This document shows, piece after piece, positions 18,841 to 29,043 of a stretch of 40,759 nt of DNA (position 1 is the stretch's first letter; each line of letters opens with the position of its first letter). Origin of the DNA: Steroidobacteraceae bacterium (GTDB taxonomy: Bacteria > Pseudomonadota > Gammaproteobacteria > Steroidobacterales > Steroidobacteraceae); contig JBAQWM010000339.1 of assembly GCA_049298915.1 (NCBI GenBank), positions 1 to 40,759 on the forward strand. Reading direction: 5' to 3'. A program made the position numbers and the translations under genes. Below the pieces are notes generated by a model, which saw only the letters and a program-made list of their open reading frames with translations, was not told where the DNA came from and did no database searches.

Positions 18841-21379
18841 CTGGGAAACTGCGGGTGCCTTCACCGCGCGCGAGGACCCTGCGCGCCCCAAGTATTACTG
18901 CCTGTGCATGTTCCCGTATCCGAGCGGGCGGCTGCACATGGGCCACGTCCGCAATTACACGATCGGCGACGTGCTCGCCCGCTACATGCGCATGCGCGGC
19001 TTCAACGTGCTGCAGCCGATGGGCTGGGATGCTTTCGGATTGCCGGCGGAAAATGCCGCGATCGAGAATTCGGTCCCGCCGGCGCGTTGGACGCGCGACA
19101 ACATTGCCCACATGAAACAGCAGCTGAAGTCGCTCGGTTTCGGCATCGACTGGTCGCGCGAGCTCGCGACCTGCGACGCGGACTACTATCGGTGGAATCA
19201 ATGGCTGTTCCTGCGCATGCTCGAGCGCGGCATCGCGTACAAGAGGACCGGCGTCGTGAACTGGGATCCGGTCGACCAGACCGTGCTCGCGAATGAACAG
19301 GTCATCGACGGGCGTGGCTGGCGCACCGGCGAGCCGGTCGAAAAGCGCGAGATCCCGATGTACTACCTCGGCATCACGCGCTATGCGGAGGAGCTGCTCT
19401 CGGGGCTCGACCGGCTTGAAGACTGGCCGGAGCGCGTGCGCGTGATGCAGGCGAACTGGATCGGGCGCAGCGAGGGCGTCAACCTGTCATTTCCCTGGCG
19501 GATCGACGGCCAGAGCGGCGAGTTGCGGGTATTCACGACCCGCGCCGACACCGTCATGGGTGTCAGCTTCGTGGCAGTCGCCGCCGAGCATCCGCTGGCG
19601 ACGCTGGCAGCCGCGCGCAATACCAGGGTGCGTTCATTCGTAGACGAGTGCCGCCGCGTCAGCCTCGTCGAGGCCGACATCGCGACCATGGACAAGCAGG
19701 GCGTCGCGACCGGGCTGCAGGTGACGCACCCGTTGACCGGCGCGGCGATCGATGTGTGGGTCGGCAATTACGTGCTGATGGCCTATGGCGAGGGCGCGGT
19801 GATGGGCGTGCCGGGCCACGACGAGCGCGACTTCGCCTTCGCGAAGAAATACGGGCTGCCGATCCTTCCGGTCATCGACGTGGAGGGACAGCACTATTCG
19901 ACCGAGGCCTGGCAGCCCTGGTACGCGGATGAGGGCCGCTGTGTGAATTCCGGCGCCTATGACGGGCTCGACTACCGCGCGGCGGTCGACGCCATCGCGC
20001 GCGATCTCGAGGCGCGTAATCTCGGCCGCAGGCAGGTTGCATGGCGCCTGCGCGACTGGGGCATCTCGCGGCAGCGCTACTGGGGTTGCCCGATTCCGAT
20101 CATCCATTGCCCGGACTGCGGCGACGTGCCGGTTCCCGACGATCAGCTTCCGGTGCTGCTGCCCGAGGACCTGGTGCCGGACGGTACCGGCAATCCGCTT
20201 GCGAAGACGCCGTCATTCTACGAATGCTCCTGCCCGGCATGCGGGTCGCCGGCACGGCGCGAGACCGACACGATGGATACCTTCGTGGATTCGTCGTGGT
20301 ACTTCTTCCGGTTTGCGAGTGCCGGCAATGCGCGCGCGATGGTGGACGAGCGCGCCGCATACTGGCTGCCGGTGGACCAGTACGTCGGCGGTATCGAGCA
20401 CGCCATCCTGCACCTGCTGTATTCCCGGTTCTGGACCCGCGTGATGCGCGACTGCGGGCTTACGCGGCTCGACGAGCCATTCACGCGCCTGCTGACCCAG
20501 GGCATGGTGCTGAACGAGATCTGGTTCCGCAGGCCCGCAGCGGGCCGCATCGCCTACTACAGCCCCGTCGAAGTCGAAGCGCGGGCCGACGGCGGGTCCA
20601 GGACCGGGGTTCTGAAGGCCGATGGCGGGACGGTCGAGTATGGCGGTATCGGCACGATGTCGAAGTCGCGCCGCAATGGCGTGGACCCGCAGCAGCTCGT
20701 GGATCGCTGCGGCGCGGACACGGCGCGGCTTTTCACGATGTTTGCGGCCCCGCCGGAGCACACGCTCGAGTGGTCCGACGAGGGCGTCGAGGGCGCCTTC
20801 CGGTTCATGAAGCGATTGTGGAAGATCATTCACGCGCATGTGCAGGCAGGTCCCGCCGGGGCGCCCGTCATCGCATCGCTGGATCCTGCGCAACGCGAAT
20901 TGCGGCGCCAGGTGCATCACACGGTTGCCAAGGTCGGCGATGACATCGGCAGGCGCCGGACCTTCAATACGGCGATTGCCGCGGTCATGGAACTGCTGAA
21001 CGCACTGCAACGGTTCAGCGACAGCTCGGCGCAGGGTCGCGCGGTGATGCAGGAAGCGCTCGATCTCGTGGTGCTGATGCTGTCGCCGATCGTGCCACAT
21101 GCTGCACACGCGCTGTGGCGCGCGCTCGGACATGCGACCGCGGTCCTTGACGAAGCCTGGCCCGAGCCCGACGCTCGCGCGCTGGCCGTGGACACGGTGG
21201 AAATCGTGGTGCAGGTCAATGGCAGGCTTCGCGCGCGCATCCCGATGCCGGCAGGCGCGGACGAAGCAACGGCGCGCGCGGCGGTGCTGGCGGATCCCGG
21301 CGTCGCGCGCTTTGTCGCGGGGCAGACGGTGCGTAGACTGGTCTACGTGCCAGGCAAGCTCGTCAATGTGGTGACATGA
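18791..21379 (+). CDS. leuS: Leucyl-tRNA synthetase
   Basis: The N-terminus is [39 protein letters not shown], which includes the HIGH motif HMGH. Length is 862 aa. The KMSKS loop reads TMSKS at 20654-20668. Confidence 0.97.
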   Translation: MKDRYEPAEVETATQRDWETAGAFTAREDPARPKYYCLCMFPYPSGRLHMGHVRNYTIGDVLARYMRMRGFNVLQPMGWDAFGLPAENAAIENSVPPARWTRDNIAHMKQQLKSLGFGIDWSRELATCDADYYRWNQWLFLRMLERGIAYKRTGVVNWDPVDQTVLANEQVIDGRGWRTGEPVEKREIPMYYLGITRYAEELLSGLDRLEDWPERVRVMQANWIGRSEGVNLSFPWRIDGQSGELRVFTTRADTVMGVSFVAVAAEHPLATLAAARNTRVRSFVDECRRVSLVEADIATMDKQGVATGLQVTHPLTGAAIDVWVGNYVLMAYGEGAVMGVPGHDERDFAFAKKYGLPILPVIDVEGQHYSTEAWQPWYADEGRCVNSGAYDGLDYRAAVDAIARDLEARNLGRRQVAWRLRDWGISRQRYWGCPIPIIHCPDCGDVPVPDDQLPVLLPEDLVPDGTGNPLAKTPSFYECSCPACGSPARRETDTMDTFVDSSWYFFRFASAGNARAMVDERAAYWLPVDQYVGGIEHAILHLLYSRFWTRVMRDCGLTRLDEPFTRLLTQGMVLNEIWFRRPAAGRIAYYSPVEVEARADGGSRTGVLKADGGTVEYGGIGTMSKSRRNGVDPQQLVDRCGADTARLFTMFAAPPEHTLEWSDEGVEGAFRFMKRLWKIIHAHVQAGPAGAPVIASLDPAQRELRRQVHHTVAKVGDDIGRRRTFNTAIAAVMELLNALQRFSDSSAQGRAVMQEALDLVVLMLSPIVPHAAHALWRALGHATAVLDEAWPEPDARALAVDTVEIVVQVNGRLRARIPMPAGADEATARAAVLADPGVARFVAGQTVRRLVYVPGKLVNVVT

Positions 21380-21864
21380 TGCGGCAGCTGTTGCGGTATT
21401 GCCTGATCGGTTTCGTGACGCTGGCAGCTGGCTGCGGTTTCCAGCTGCGCGGCCAGGCGCCGCTGCCGGCGGTATTCGCGACGCCATACCTCGAGAGCAG
21501 CGATCGGTACACGCCCCTGTATGCGGCCCTCGAGTCGCGCCTGCGCGCTGCGGGCGCAAGACCCGCGGTGGACAAGCTGAGCGCCAGCGCGGTGATCCAC
21601 CTGGACCAGGACGAGACCGGGCGCGCACTCCTGTCGGTTTCGGCGCGCAACACGCCCGGAGAATTCGAGGTCTACTACACGGCGGGATATTCGGTAACTG
21701 CCGGTGGCAGCGAGCTGCTCGCGCGCCAGCAGGTGACGCTGACGCGTGATTTCGGCTATGACGAGACGGCGGTGCTCGCCAAGGAACACGAAGAGCAATC
21801 GTTGCGGGCGGCACTCGCCGACGAGCTGGCCGGCATGATATTGCGGCGCCTGGCGGCGCTGTGA
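21376..21864 (+). CDS. lptE: LPS-assembly lipoprotein LptE
   Basis: The lipobox and family signature [12 protein letters not shown] are present. Length is 162 aa. It lies immediately after leuS with overlapping start and stop. Confidence 0.88.
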   Translation: MMRQLLRYCLIGFVTLAAGCGFQLRGQAPLPAVFATPYLESSDRYTPLYAALESRLRAAGARPAVDKLSASAVIHLDQDETGRALLSVSARNTPGEFEVYYTAGYSVTAGGSELLARQQVTLTRDFGYDETAVLAKEHEEQSLRAALADELAGMILRRLAAL

Positions 21865-23228
21865 ATTTCTCGGTTTTCGATGTCTTCAAGGTCGGGGTCG
21901 GCCCCTCGTCGTCGCACACGATGGGTCCGATGCTGGCATCCCGCATGTTTGTGCAGGACCTGGCTGGGCGCGAACTGCTCAGCAGGACGGTCGAAGTCTA
22001 TGTGCAGCTCTACGGCTCGCTGGCGCTGACGGGTATCGGGCACTGCACCGACCGTGCCGTACTGCTCGGCCTGGAAGGAAACGATCCGGCCGGACTCGAT
22101 CCAGCGGTCATGGAACCGGCACTTGCACGCATCCGGGCCAGCGGCCGGCTGCGATTGGCGGGCCGCCACGAGATCGCCTTCGACGAACCCATGAATCTCC
22201 TGTTCCTGCGCGACCAGCTGCTGCCGGGCCACTCGAATGGCATGCGATTCACGGCACACGATGCCGATGGCGGCACCTTGCTCGCGGAGGAAATGTATTC
22301 GGTGGGCGGCGGCGCCGTGGAGCGGGCCGGGGGCCCTGCGGGCGGAGCTGCGGCGGACGCCGCCGCGGTGCCCCTGCCATTCAGGGATGCAGAAGAATTG
22401 CTGCAGCGTTGCCGCGAAGTGCGACTGACAATTGCCGGACTGATGCTCGAGAACGAGCGCGCGCTGCGGGCGCCGGCGGAAATTGAGGCCGGACTGGAGC
22501 GGATCTGGAATGTCATGCAGGCCTGTGTGCAACGGGGCTTTGCCGCCGAGGGGGTGTTGCCGGGCGTCCTGAAGCTTCCGCGCCGCGCGCCGCGGCTGCA
22601 GCGCATGCTGCTGGCCGAAGCGCCTGCAGGGCCCGTCGACGCGATGGAATGGGTCAATGCCTGGGCGCTGGCGGTCAATGAGGAAAACGCAGCGGGCGGG
22701 CAGGTGGTGACGGCGCCGACCAATGGCGCGGCTGGCATCGTGCCGGCGGTGCTGCATTACTACGCCAAGCTGTGTCGCGGCAGCGAGGACGCGGGCGTGC
22801 GCCGCTTCCTGCTGGCGGCGGGCGCGATCGGCCTGTTGTACAAGCGCAATGCCTCGATTTCCGGCGCTGAAATGGGCTGCCAGGGTGAAGTCGGCGTGGC
22901 CTGCTCCATGGCGGCAGGCGGCCTGGTCGCGGCGCTGGGCGGCTCGAACGAGCAGGTCGAGAACGCCGCCGAAATCGGCATGGAGCACAATCTGGGGCTG
23001 ACCTGCGACCCGATCGCCGGGCTGGTGCAGATTCCCTGCATCGAAAGAAACGCGATGGGCGCCGTCAAGGCCATCAATGCCGCGCGCCTGGCGCTGCGCG
23101 GCGACGGGACTCACAAGGTATCGCTGGACCAGGTCATCGCGACGATGCGCCAGACCGGGCGCGACATGTCCTCCATCTACAAGGAAACATCGGAAGGAGG
23201 GCTCGCGGTCAACGTACCGGAATGCTGA
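21861..23228 (+). CDS. sdaA: L-serine ammonia-lyase (iron-sulfur dependent, fused alpha/beta)
   Basis: The N-terminus is [24 protein letters not shown], and the C-terminal alpha domain is present ([13 protein letters not shown]). The GTG start overlaps the lptE stop (GTGA). Confidence 0.93.
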   Translation: MNFSVFDVFKVGVGPSSSHTMGPMLASRMFVQDLAGRELLSRTVEVYVQLYGSLALTGIGHCTDRAVLLGLEGNDPAGLDPAVMEPALARIRASGRLRLAGRHEIAFDEPMNLLFLRDQLLPGHSNGMRFTAHDADGGTLLAEEMYSVGGGAVERAGGPAGGAAADAAAVPLPFRDAEELLQRCREVRLTIAGLMLENERALRAPAEIEAGLERIWNVMQACVQRGFAAEGVLPGVLKLPRRAPRLQRMLLAEAPAGPVDAMEWVNAWALAVNEENAAGGQVVTAPTNGAAGIVPAVLHYYAKLCRGSEDAGVRRFLLAAGAIGLLYKRNASISGAEMGCQGEVGVACSMAAGGLVAALGGSNEQVENAAEIGMEHNLGLTCDPIAGLVQIPCIERNAMGAVKAINAARLALRGDGTHKVSLDQVIATMRQTGRDMSSIYKETSEGGLAVNVPEC

Positions 23229-23258
23229 GCCCGCCCGGGGGCGCGGCAGCGGCGTGCT

Positions 23259-24236
23259 TCAGCCTGCGAACCGGTCCGTTGCGCGGACCAGTTCAGCGGT
23301 GATGCCGGGCTCCAGAGCTGAATGTCCGGCATCGGCCACGACCCGGAAATCCGCCTCCGGCCAGGCTCGATGCAGTTCCCAGGCCGTCGTCATCGGGCAC
23401 ACGACATCGTAACGGCCCTGTACGATCACCGCTGGAATGTGGCGGATCCGTGCCACGCCGTCGAGCAGCTGGTTCTCGCCGCGCAGGAACCCGCCATTTA
23501 CGAAGTAGTGGCATTCGATGCGCGCGACCGCGAGCGCGAATTCATCCTCGCCCCACTTGCGGATATTGTCGTCGTCGGTCAGCAGGTAACTGGTCGATCC
23601 TTCCCAGACCGCCCAGGCGCGTGCGGCGGCGATGGCGGCGGCGCGGTCGGTCCCGGTCAGGCGGCGGTGATACGCGTGCATGAGATCGCCGCGCTCGGCC
23701 ACGGGGATCGGCTCAAGATAGGACTCCCAGCGGTCCGGGAAGATCGCACTGGCGCCCTGCTGGTAGAACCATTCGAGTTCGCTCTTGCGCAGCAGGAAGA
23801 TTCCCCGCAGAACGAGTCCCGTGACGCGCTCGGGATCGGATTGTGCGTAGGCGAGCGCGAGTGTCGAGCCCCACGATCCGCCGAATACCAGCCAGCGCGC
23901 GATGCCAAGGTGCTCGCGCAGTTTCTCGATGTCGGCGATCAGGTCCCAGGTGGTGTTGTGCTCGAGCGCCGCATGCGGGCGGCTGGGGCCGCAGCCGCGC
24001 GGGTCGAACAGGACGATGCGATAGCGGGCGGGGTCGAAGAACCGCCGCGCACGCGCATCGCAGCCCCCGCCGGGGCCGCCGTGCAGGAATACAGCCGGCC
24101 TGCCAGCGGGATTGCCGCATTCCTCCCAGTAGATCTCGTGGCCATTGCCGACCACCAGATGACCCTGGCGCCGCGGCTCGACGGGCGGGTAGAGCCCGCG
24201 TCGGGTACTGCTGTCGTTCAGAATTCCTGCTCCCAT
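23259..24236 (-). CDS. pip: Proline iminopeptidase (alpha/beta hydrolase, S33)
   Basis: [27 protein letters not shown] and the nucleophile elbow GGSWGSTLA are present. Length is 325 aa. Confidence 0.92.
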   Translation of the reverse strand: MGAGILNDSSTRRGLYPPVEPRRQGHLVVGNGHEIYWEECGNPAGRPAVFLHGGPGGGCDARARRFFDPARYRIVLFDPRGCGPSRPHAALEHNTTWDLIADIEKLREHLGIARWLVFGGSWGSTLALAYAQSDPERVTGLVLRGIFLLRKSELEWFYQQGASAIFPDRWESYLEPIPVAERGDLMHAYHRRLTGTDRAAAIAAARAWAVWEGSTSYLLTDDDNIRKWGEDEFALAVARIECHYFVNGGFLRGENQLLDGVARIRHIPAVIVQGRYDVVCPMTTAWELHRAWPEADFRVVADAGHSALEPGITAELVRATDRFAG

Positions 24237-24358
24237 CGAATGTGAGGCCCACTATTGCCTGCATTGCCAGAGAAATCAATGAGATGCTGCGGAATCCCGG
24301 CGCCTGCGCCAGGCCGGGCGCTATTGCCGCCGGCGGGCGCCCCACCGACAATCGCCTG

Positions 24359-25369
24359 ATGCGCATTTCGACCGACCGACTCGCCGGCACACTGGAGAAA
24401 AAACTTTCAGCCGCCTGGCTGGTGATCGGCGACCAGCCGCTCCTGGTCGGAGAGGCCGCCGACGCCATCCGCATGCGCGCGCGCGTCGAAGGCTACGCGG
24501 GCCGCGAATTGTTCTTCGTCGAGCGCAGCTTCGACTGGTCCTCGCTGCTTGCCGCAAGCCGGTCGCTGTCGCTGTTTTCGGAACGGCGCATCATCGAAAT
24601 CAAGATGCCGAGTCCACGCCCGGGGACGGATGGCGCTGCGGTGCTCGCGCAGCTGGCTTCAGATCCCGCACCGGACACGCTGACACTGGTCGTGAGCGGG
24701 CGGCCCGAGCGGGATACCTGGAGTGCGGCCTGGTTCAAGGCGTTCGAGAAGAATGGCGTGGTCGTGCAGGCATGGCCGGTTGAAATCGGGCAACTGCCGC
24801 AGTGGATAGTCTCCCGGGCCGGCCGGCACGGCATTGCGATCGACCCCGAAGGCGCGCGACTGCTCGCCGAGCGGGTCGAGGGCAATCTGCTGGCGGCGCA
24901 CCAGGAAATCGAGAAGCTGGCATTGCTGCACGCTGGCGGGACCGTCGGCGTCGCTGAAGTGCTGGCGGCGGTCGCAAACAGCGCGCGCTACGACGTCTAC
25001 CAGCTCGGCGAGGCGGCGCTCGAAGGCGATGCGGCGAGAAGCCTGCGCATACTCGAAGGCCTGCGGGCCGAGGGCGCAGAACCGGCGTTCGTGCTGTGGG
25101 CGCTGTGCCGCGAGCTGCGCGCCCTTGCCGGGGCGCGCCGCAATCCCGGGATCACGCAGGGCTATGGCCGCCATGCCGAACGCCGCGCCGAACTGCTGAC
25201 TCGCGCCCTGCGTCGCACCAAGGGACGATCATTGGCTCGGCACTTCATCGATGCGGGGCGCGTCGATCGCCAGGTCAAGGGGCTCGGCCGGGGCGACCCC
25301 TGGACCGGGCTGACGGACCTGGTCGCCACAGTATCGGGTGTCAGTCTCCCCGAAGCACCCCGCGCCTGA
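24359..25369 (+). CDS. holA: DNA polymerase III delta subunit
   Basis: This is the last 336 codons of the 508-aa track ORF. MRISTDRLAGTLEKKLSAAWLVIGDQPLL..SLSLFSERRIIEIK is HolA-like. Its position before nadD is conserved. The upstream part of the ORF is antisense to pip and Arg-rich. Confidence 0.88.
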   Translation: MRISTDRLAGTLEKKLSAAWLVIGDQPLLVGEAADAIRMRARVEGYAGRELFFVERSFDWSSLLAASRSLSLFSERRIIEIKMPSPRPGTDGAAVLAQLASDPAPDTLTLVVSGRPERDTWSAAWFKAFEKNGVVVQAWPVEIGQLPQWIVSRAGRHGIAIDPEGARLLAERVEGNLLAAHQEIEKLALLHAGGTVGVAEVLAAVANSARYDVYQLGEAALEGDAARSLRILEGLRAEGAEPAFVLWALCRELRALAGARRNPGITQGYGRHAERRAELLTRALRRTKGRSLARHFIDAGRVDRQVKGLGRGDPWTGLTDLVATVSGVSLPEAPRA

Positions 25370-25375
25370 GCTGCG

Positions 25376-26017
25376 ATGCGGCCGATCGGCGTATTCGGCG
25401 GGATGTTCGATCCGATTCATTACGGGCACCTGCGCACCGCGCACGAACTCTTCGAACTGCTGGACCTCGAGGCGATCGCCTTCGTGCCGGCCGGCGATCC
25501 GCCGCATCGCCCCCGGCCGCTCGCGGACGGCGCGACCCGTCACGCGATGGTCCGCGCTGCGATCCGGGGCGACCGGCGATTCCTGGTCGATGATCGTGAA
25601 CTGCGGCGCGCCGGGCTTTCGTACACGGTGCTGACGCTCGGGGAAATTCGTGCCGAGCGGGGCCGGCAGCCCATCGCGCTGATCATGGGCATGGACGCAT
25701 TTGCCGGTCTCGGCGGCTGGCATCGCGCCGCGGAGCTGATCGAGCTCGCGCACATCATCGTTGCGGTGCGGCCAGGAGCGGAGCCTCCGCGAGATGGCCT
25801 GGCGGCGGAACTGCTGTGCGATCGCGCCTGCGATGATGCGCGCCGGCTGGCCAGCGTCCCGGCCGGGCTCGTTTATGTCAACATGGGAACACAGCTCGAT
25901 GTGTCTTCGAGCGCAGTGCGCGATGTGGTCGCCGCGGGCCGTGATCCGCGCTACTTGATGCCCGAGGCTGTGCGTAGGATCATCATTGCCAGGGGCAGCT
26001 ATGCTCCGGCCAGGTGA
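25376..26017 (+). CDS. nadD: Nicotinate-nucleotide adenylyltransferase
   Basis: GVFGGMFDPIHYGHL carries the (H/T)xGH motif, and the ISSSAVR-like motif VSSSAVR is present. Length is 213 aa. Confidence 0.94.
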   Translation: MRPIGVFGGMFDPIHYGHLRTAHELFELLDLEAIAFVPAGDPPHRPRPLADGATRHAMVRAAIRGDRRFLVDDRELRRAGLSYTVLTLGEIRAERGRQPIALIMGMDAFAGLGGWHRAAELIELAHIIVAVRPGAEPPRDGLAAELLCDRACDDARRLASVPAGLVYVNMGTQLDVSSSAVRDVVAAGRDPRYLMPEAVRRIIIARGSYAPAR

Positions 26018-26026
26018 AACCGAGGA

Positions 26027-26440
26027 ATGATCGAAAAGAGGACGAAGACCAGACGCCGCAGACCCGTTACTGTTGCGAAGAAGACCAGGAAAGCACCTGA
26101 CGCGCTGACCAAGATAGCCATCGCCGCGCTCGAGGACATGAAAGCCGTGAATGTCAGGATCCTCGATGTCCGCAAGCTCACCGATGTCACCGACACGATG
26201 ATCGTCGCAACCGGCACCTCCGACCGCCACGTCAAGTCGATCGCCGGCCGCCTGGTCGAACGCTGCCGGCAGGCGGGCCATCATCCTTATGGTATCGAGG
26301 GCGAACGCGAGGGCGAATGGGTCCTGGTGGACCTGCAGGACCTGATCGTGCACGTGATGCTGCCGCGAATCCGCGAGTTCTACGGGCTCGAGAAGCTGTG
26401 GGATTTGCGTCCGGTGCTGCGCGTGCCCAGTCTCGCCTGA
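26027..26440 (+). CDS. rsfS: Ribosomal silencing factor RsfS with a basic N-terminal extension
   Basis: The core matches RsfS/iojap (MIVATGTSDRHVKSIA, EWVLVDLQDLIVHVM, FYGLEKLW). ATG 26027 is the only canonical start upstream of the conserved core, and it adds MIEKRTKTRRRRPVTVAKKTRKAPD. Confidence 0.9.
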   Translation: MIEKRTKTRRRRPVTVAKKTRKAPDALTKIAIAALEDMKAVNVRILDVRKLTDVTDTMIVATGTSDRHVKSIAGRLVERCRQAGHHPYGIEGEREGEWVLVDLQDLIVHVMLPRIREFYGLEKLWDLRPVLRVPSLA

Positions 26441-26449
26441 GCCCTGCCG

Positions 26450-26917
26450 ATGCGCGCCCGGCTGATCGCGGCCGGCACCCGGCTGCCCGACTGGCTCAAC
26501 GAGGGGTTCGCCGGCTACGCCAGGCGCTTCGCCGGATTCCGCCTCGAACTGGTTGAAATTCCCTTGTCGCGCCGCGCTGGCGATCGGGATATCGCGCGGG
26601 CCCTCGCCGGCGAGGGACGGCGCATGCAGGCCGCCATCGGCCCGCGCGATTACGTGGTGGCGCTGGACCTGAATGGCCGCGCGATGTCCACTGCCGAACT
26701 GGCGCGCTGGCTCGAGCGCCGGCTCACGGATGGCCGCGACCTGGCGTTTCTCATCGGCGGTCCCGACGGGCTGGCGCCGGAACTGCTGCAACGGGCCGAC
26801 ATGAAATGGTCGCTTTCGCCGCTGACCTGGCCGCATGGCCTGGCCCGGGTCATGGTTGCCGAACAGCTATACCGTGCCCATAGCATCCTGCATGGGCATC
26901 CCTACCATCGCGGTTGA
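26450..26917 (+). CDS. rlmH: 23S rRNA (pseudouridine1915-N3)-methyltransferase
   Basis: MRARLIAAGTRLPDWLNEGFAGYARRF parallels the RlmH N-terminus. The SPOUT C-terminus is present (FLIGGPDGL, HGLARVMVAEQLYRA, GHPYHR). Confidence 0.93.
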   Translation: MRARLIAAGTRLPDWLNEGFAGYARRFAGFRLELVEIPLSRRAGDRDIARALAGEGRRMQAAIGPRDYVVALDLNGRAMSTAELARWLERRLTDGRDLAFLIGGPDGLAPELLQRADMKWSLSPLTWPHGLARVMVAEQLYRAHSILHGHPYHRG

Positions 26918-26968
26918 CCCGTCCGCGGCTGCGGGCAGACTCCAGCTGGCCCGGCCGGCGAAGGGGGT

Positions 26969-27583
26969 ATGCTCATGGGTTTGCCGGGCCCTGCGATGCC
27001 ATACGACCGCATTCAACTCGCCTCTGCATCGCCGCGGCGGAGCCTGCTGCTCCGCCAGATCGGCGTCGCGCACGATGTCAGCCCGGTGGAGCTGGATGAA
27101 TCCCGGCGCAGGGGTGAATCACCAAGGGACTACGTGTTGCGCCTGGCGCGTGCCAAGGCAGCGACCGTCACCACAACGGGCAATGGCATGCCCGTGCTCG
27201 CGGCCGACACGACCGTCGCCATCGGGCAGGATGTCTTCGGCAAGCCACAGGATCGGGATGACGCGATCCGCATGCTGGCTGCGCTCGCCGGCAGGAGCCA
27301 CGACGTGCTGACGGCAGTAGCGCTCGCGAGTGATGGACGCCTGGATACCGTGATCAGCGAGACACGCGTGACATTTCGCGCCATCTCCGCGGCCGAATGC
27401 CGGGACTACTGGGCGAGCGGCGAGCCGCAGGACAAGGCGGGCGCCTACGCAATCCAGGGCTTCGGCGCAGTCTTCATCGCCCGGCTCGAAGGGAGCTACT
27501 CGGGCGTGATGGGTCTGCCGCTGTGCGAGACGGCGGCGCTGCTGGACGCGGCCGGCGTAAGTCGCTGGCAGGTTCTGGCATGA
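26969..27583 (+). CDS. maf: Maf-like nucleoside triphosphate pyrophosphatase
   Basis: LASASPRRSLLL, AADTTV, GKP and DKAGAYAIQG motifs are present, and rng follows immediately. The start is uncertain. ATG 26975 has the best spacing from AAGGGGG, and ATG 26996 is also possible. Confidence 0.88.
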   Translation: MLMGLPGPAMPYDRIQLASASPRRSLLLRQIGVAHDVSPVELDESRRRGESPRDYVLRLARAKAATVTTTGNGMPVLAADTTVAIGQDVFGKPQDRDDAIRMLAALAGRSHDVLTAVALASDGRLDTVISETRVTFRAISAAECRDYWASGEPQDKAGAYAIQGFGAVFIARLEGSYSGVMGLPLCETAALLDAAGVSRWQVLA

Positions 27584-29040
27584 GCGTCGAAATCCTGGTG
27601 AATGTGACGCCACGCGAAAGCCGTGCTGCCGTGGTGGACCAGGGTGTTGTCCAGGAACTCTACGTCGAGCGCGTGAACCGGCGCGGCCTGGCCGGCAACA
27701 TCTACAAGGGCCGCGCTTCACGCGTGCTGCCAGGCATGCAGGCGGCATTCATCGAAATCGGACTCGATCGCGCGGCGTTCCTTCATGCGTCGGACATTGT
27801 ACCGCCCGGGCTCGAGGCCGGGGTGGAGACACAGGCCTTCGAAAATATCCGCGATCTCGTGAATGAAGGCGACACCATCCTGGTACAGGTCCTGAAGGAT
27901 CCGCTCGGAACCAAGGGCGCCCGGCTGTCGACCTACGTGACGCTGCCTTCGCGATTCCTCGTATTCATGCCACAAGGCCGGGGTGTTGGCGTTTCAGCCC
28001 GGATAGAAAACGAGGACGAGCGTCTGCGACTGCGGGAGACGGTCAGGGATTTCAGCGGCGGGCGCGGTGGCTGGATCGTGCGGACCGTGGCCGAGGGCGC
28101 ACAGATCGAGGCACTGCGAGCCGACATGATGTTTCTCGAACGACTCTGGCAGGTCATCCGGGAGCGCGCCGGGCGCGCGGCAGCGGAGCAGATCGTCCAC
28201 GAGGATCTCGCCCTGCCATTGCGCGTGTTGCGCGACTTGCTGGGCGAACAGGTCGGCCGCGTGCTGGTGGACAATCCGGCTGCACACTCGCAGATGACCG
28301 CATTTGCCAGGACCTTCATGCCGGCGCTCGCCGGGCGGATCGAGATCTACGATGGCAGCCGGCCGATCTTCGACCTGTATGGTGTCGAGGATGAATTCGA
28401 GCGCGCGCTGAACCGCAAAGTGGCGTTGAAGTCGGGCGGCTACCTGATGTTCGACCAGACCGAGGCGCTGACGACCATCGACGTCAACACCGGGGCATTC
28501 GTGGGACACCGCAATCTCGAGGACACGATCTACCGCACCAATCTCGAAGCCGCTGTGGCGATTGCACGCCAGCTCCGGCTGCGCAATCTCGGCGGCATCA
28601 TCATCGTGGATTTCATCGACATGCAGGATGCCGGCCACCGCCAGCTGGTGCTGCAAGCGCTCGAGCAGGCGCTGGCGGGGGACCACGTTCGGACCCGGCT
28701 GTCGGCCGTATCCGCGCTGGGTCTGGTCGAAATGACGCGCAAACGCACGCGCGAGAGTCTGGAACACCAGCTGTGCCGACCTTGTCCAAGCTGCGATTCC
28801 CGTGGTTTCGTGAAGACGGCCGAGACGGTCGCCTACCAGATATTCCGCGAGGTGCTGCGCCAGGCGCGGCAGTTCGATTTCAAGGAAATGCTCGTGCTGG
28901 CGCACCAGGATGTCATCGAATTGCTGCTCGACGAGGAATCCGCCGCGCTGGGCGAGCTCGAACTCTCGATCGGCAAGCCGATCCGGCTGCAGGTTGAGGC
29001 GCTGTATGCCGCGGAGCAATTCGACGTCGTGCTGGTATAG
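27580..29040 (+). CDS. rng: Ribonuclease G
   Basis: This is the last 486 codons of the 547-aa track ORF. The S1 domain is MSVEILVNVTPRESRAAVVDQGVVQELYVER..NIYKGRASRVLPGMQAAFIEIG, followed by an RNase E/G catalytic core. There is an ATGA overlap with maf. Confidence 0.94.
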   Translation: MSVEILVNVTPRESRAAVVDQGVVQELYVERVNRRGLAGNIYKGRASRVLPGMQAAFIEIGLDRAAFLHASDIVPPGLEAGVETQAFENIRDLVNEGDTILVQVLKDPLGTKGARLSTYVTLPSRFLVFMPQGRGVGVSARIENEDERLRLRETVRDFSGGRGGWIVRTVAEGAQIEALRADMMFLERLWQVIRERAGRAAAEQIVHEDLALPLRVLRDLLGEQVGRVLVDNPAAHSQMTAFARTFMPALAGRIEIYDGSRPIFDLYGVEDEFERALNRKVALKSGGYLMFDQTEALTTIDVNTGAFVGHRNLEDTIYRTNLEAAVAIARQLRLRNLGGIIIVDFIDMQDAGHRQLVLQALEQALAGDHVRTRLSAVSALGLVEMTRKRTRESLEHQLCRPCPSCDSRGFVKTAETVAYQIFREVLRQARQFDFKEMLVLAHQDVIELLLDEESAALGELELSIGKPIRLQVEALYAAEQFDVVLV

Positions 29041-29043
29041 AAA

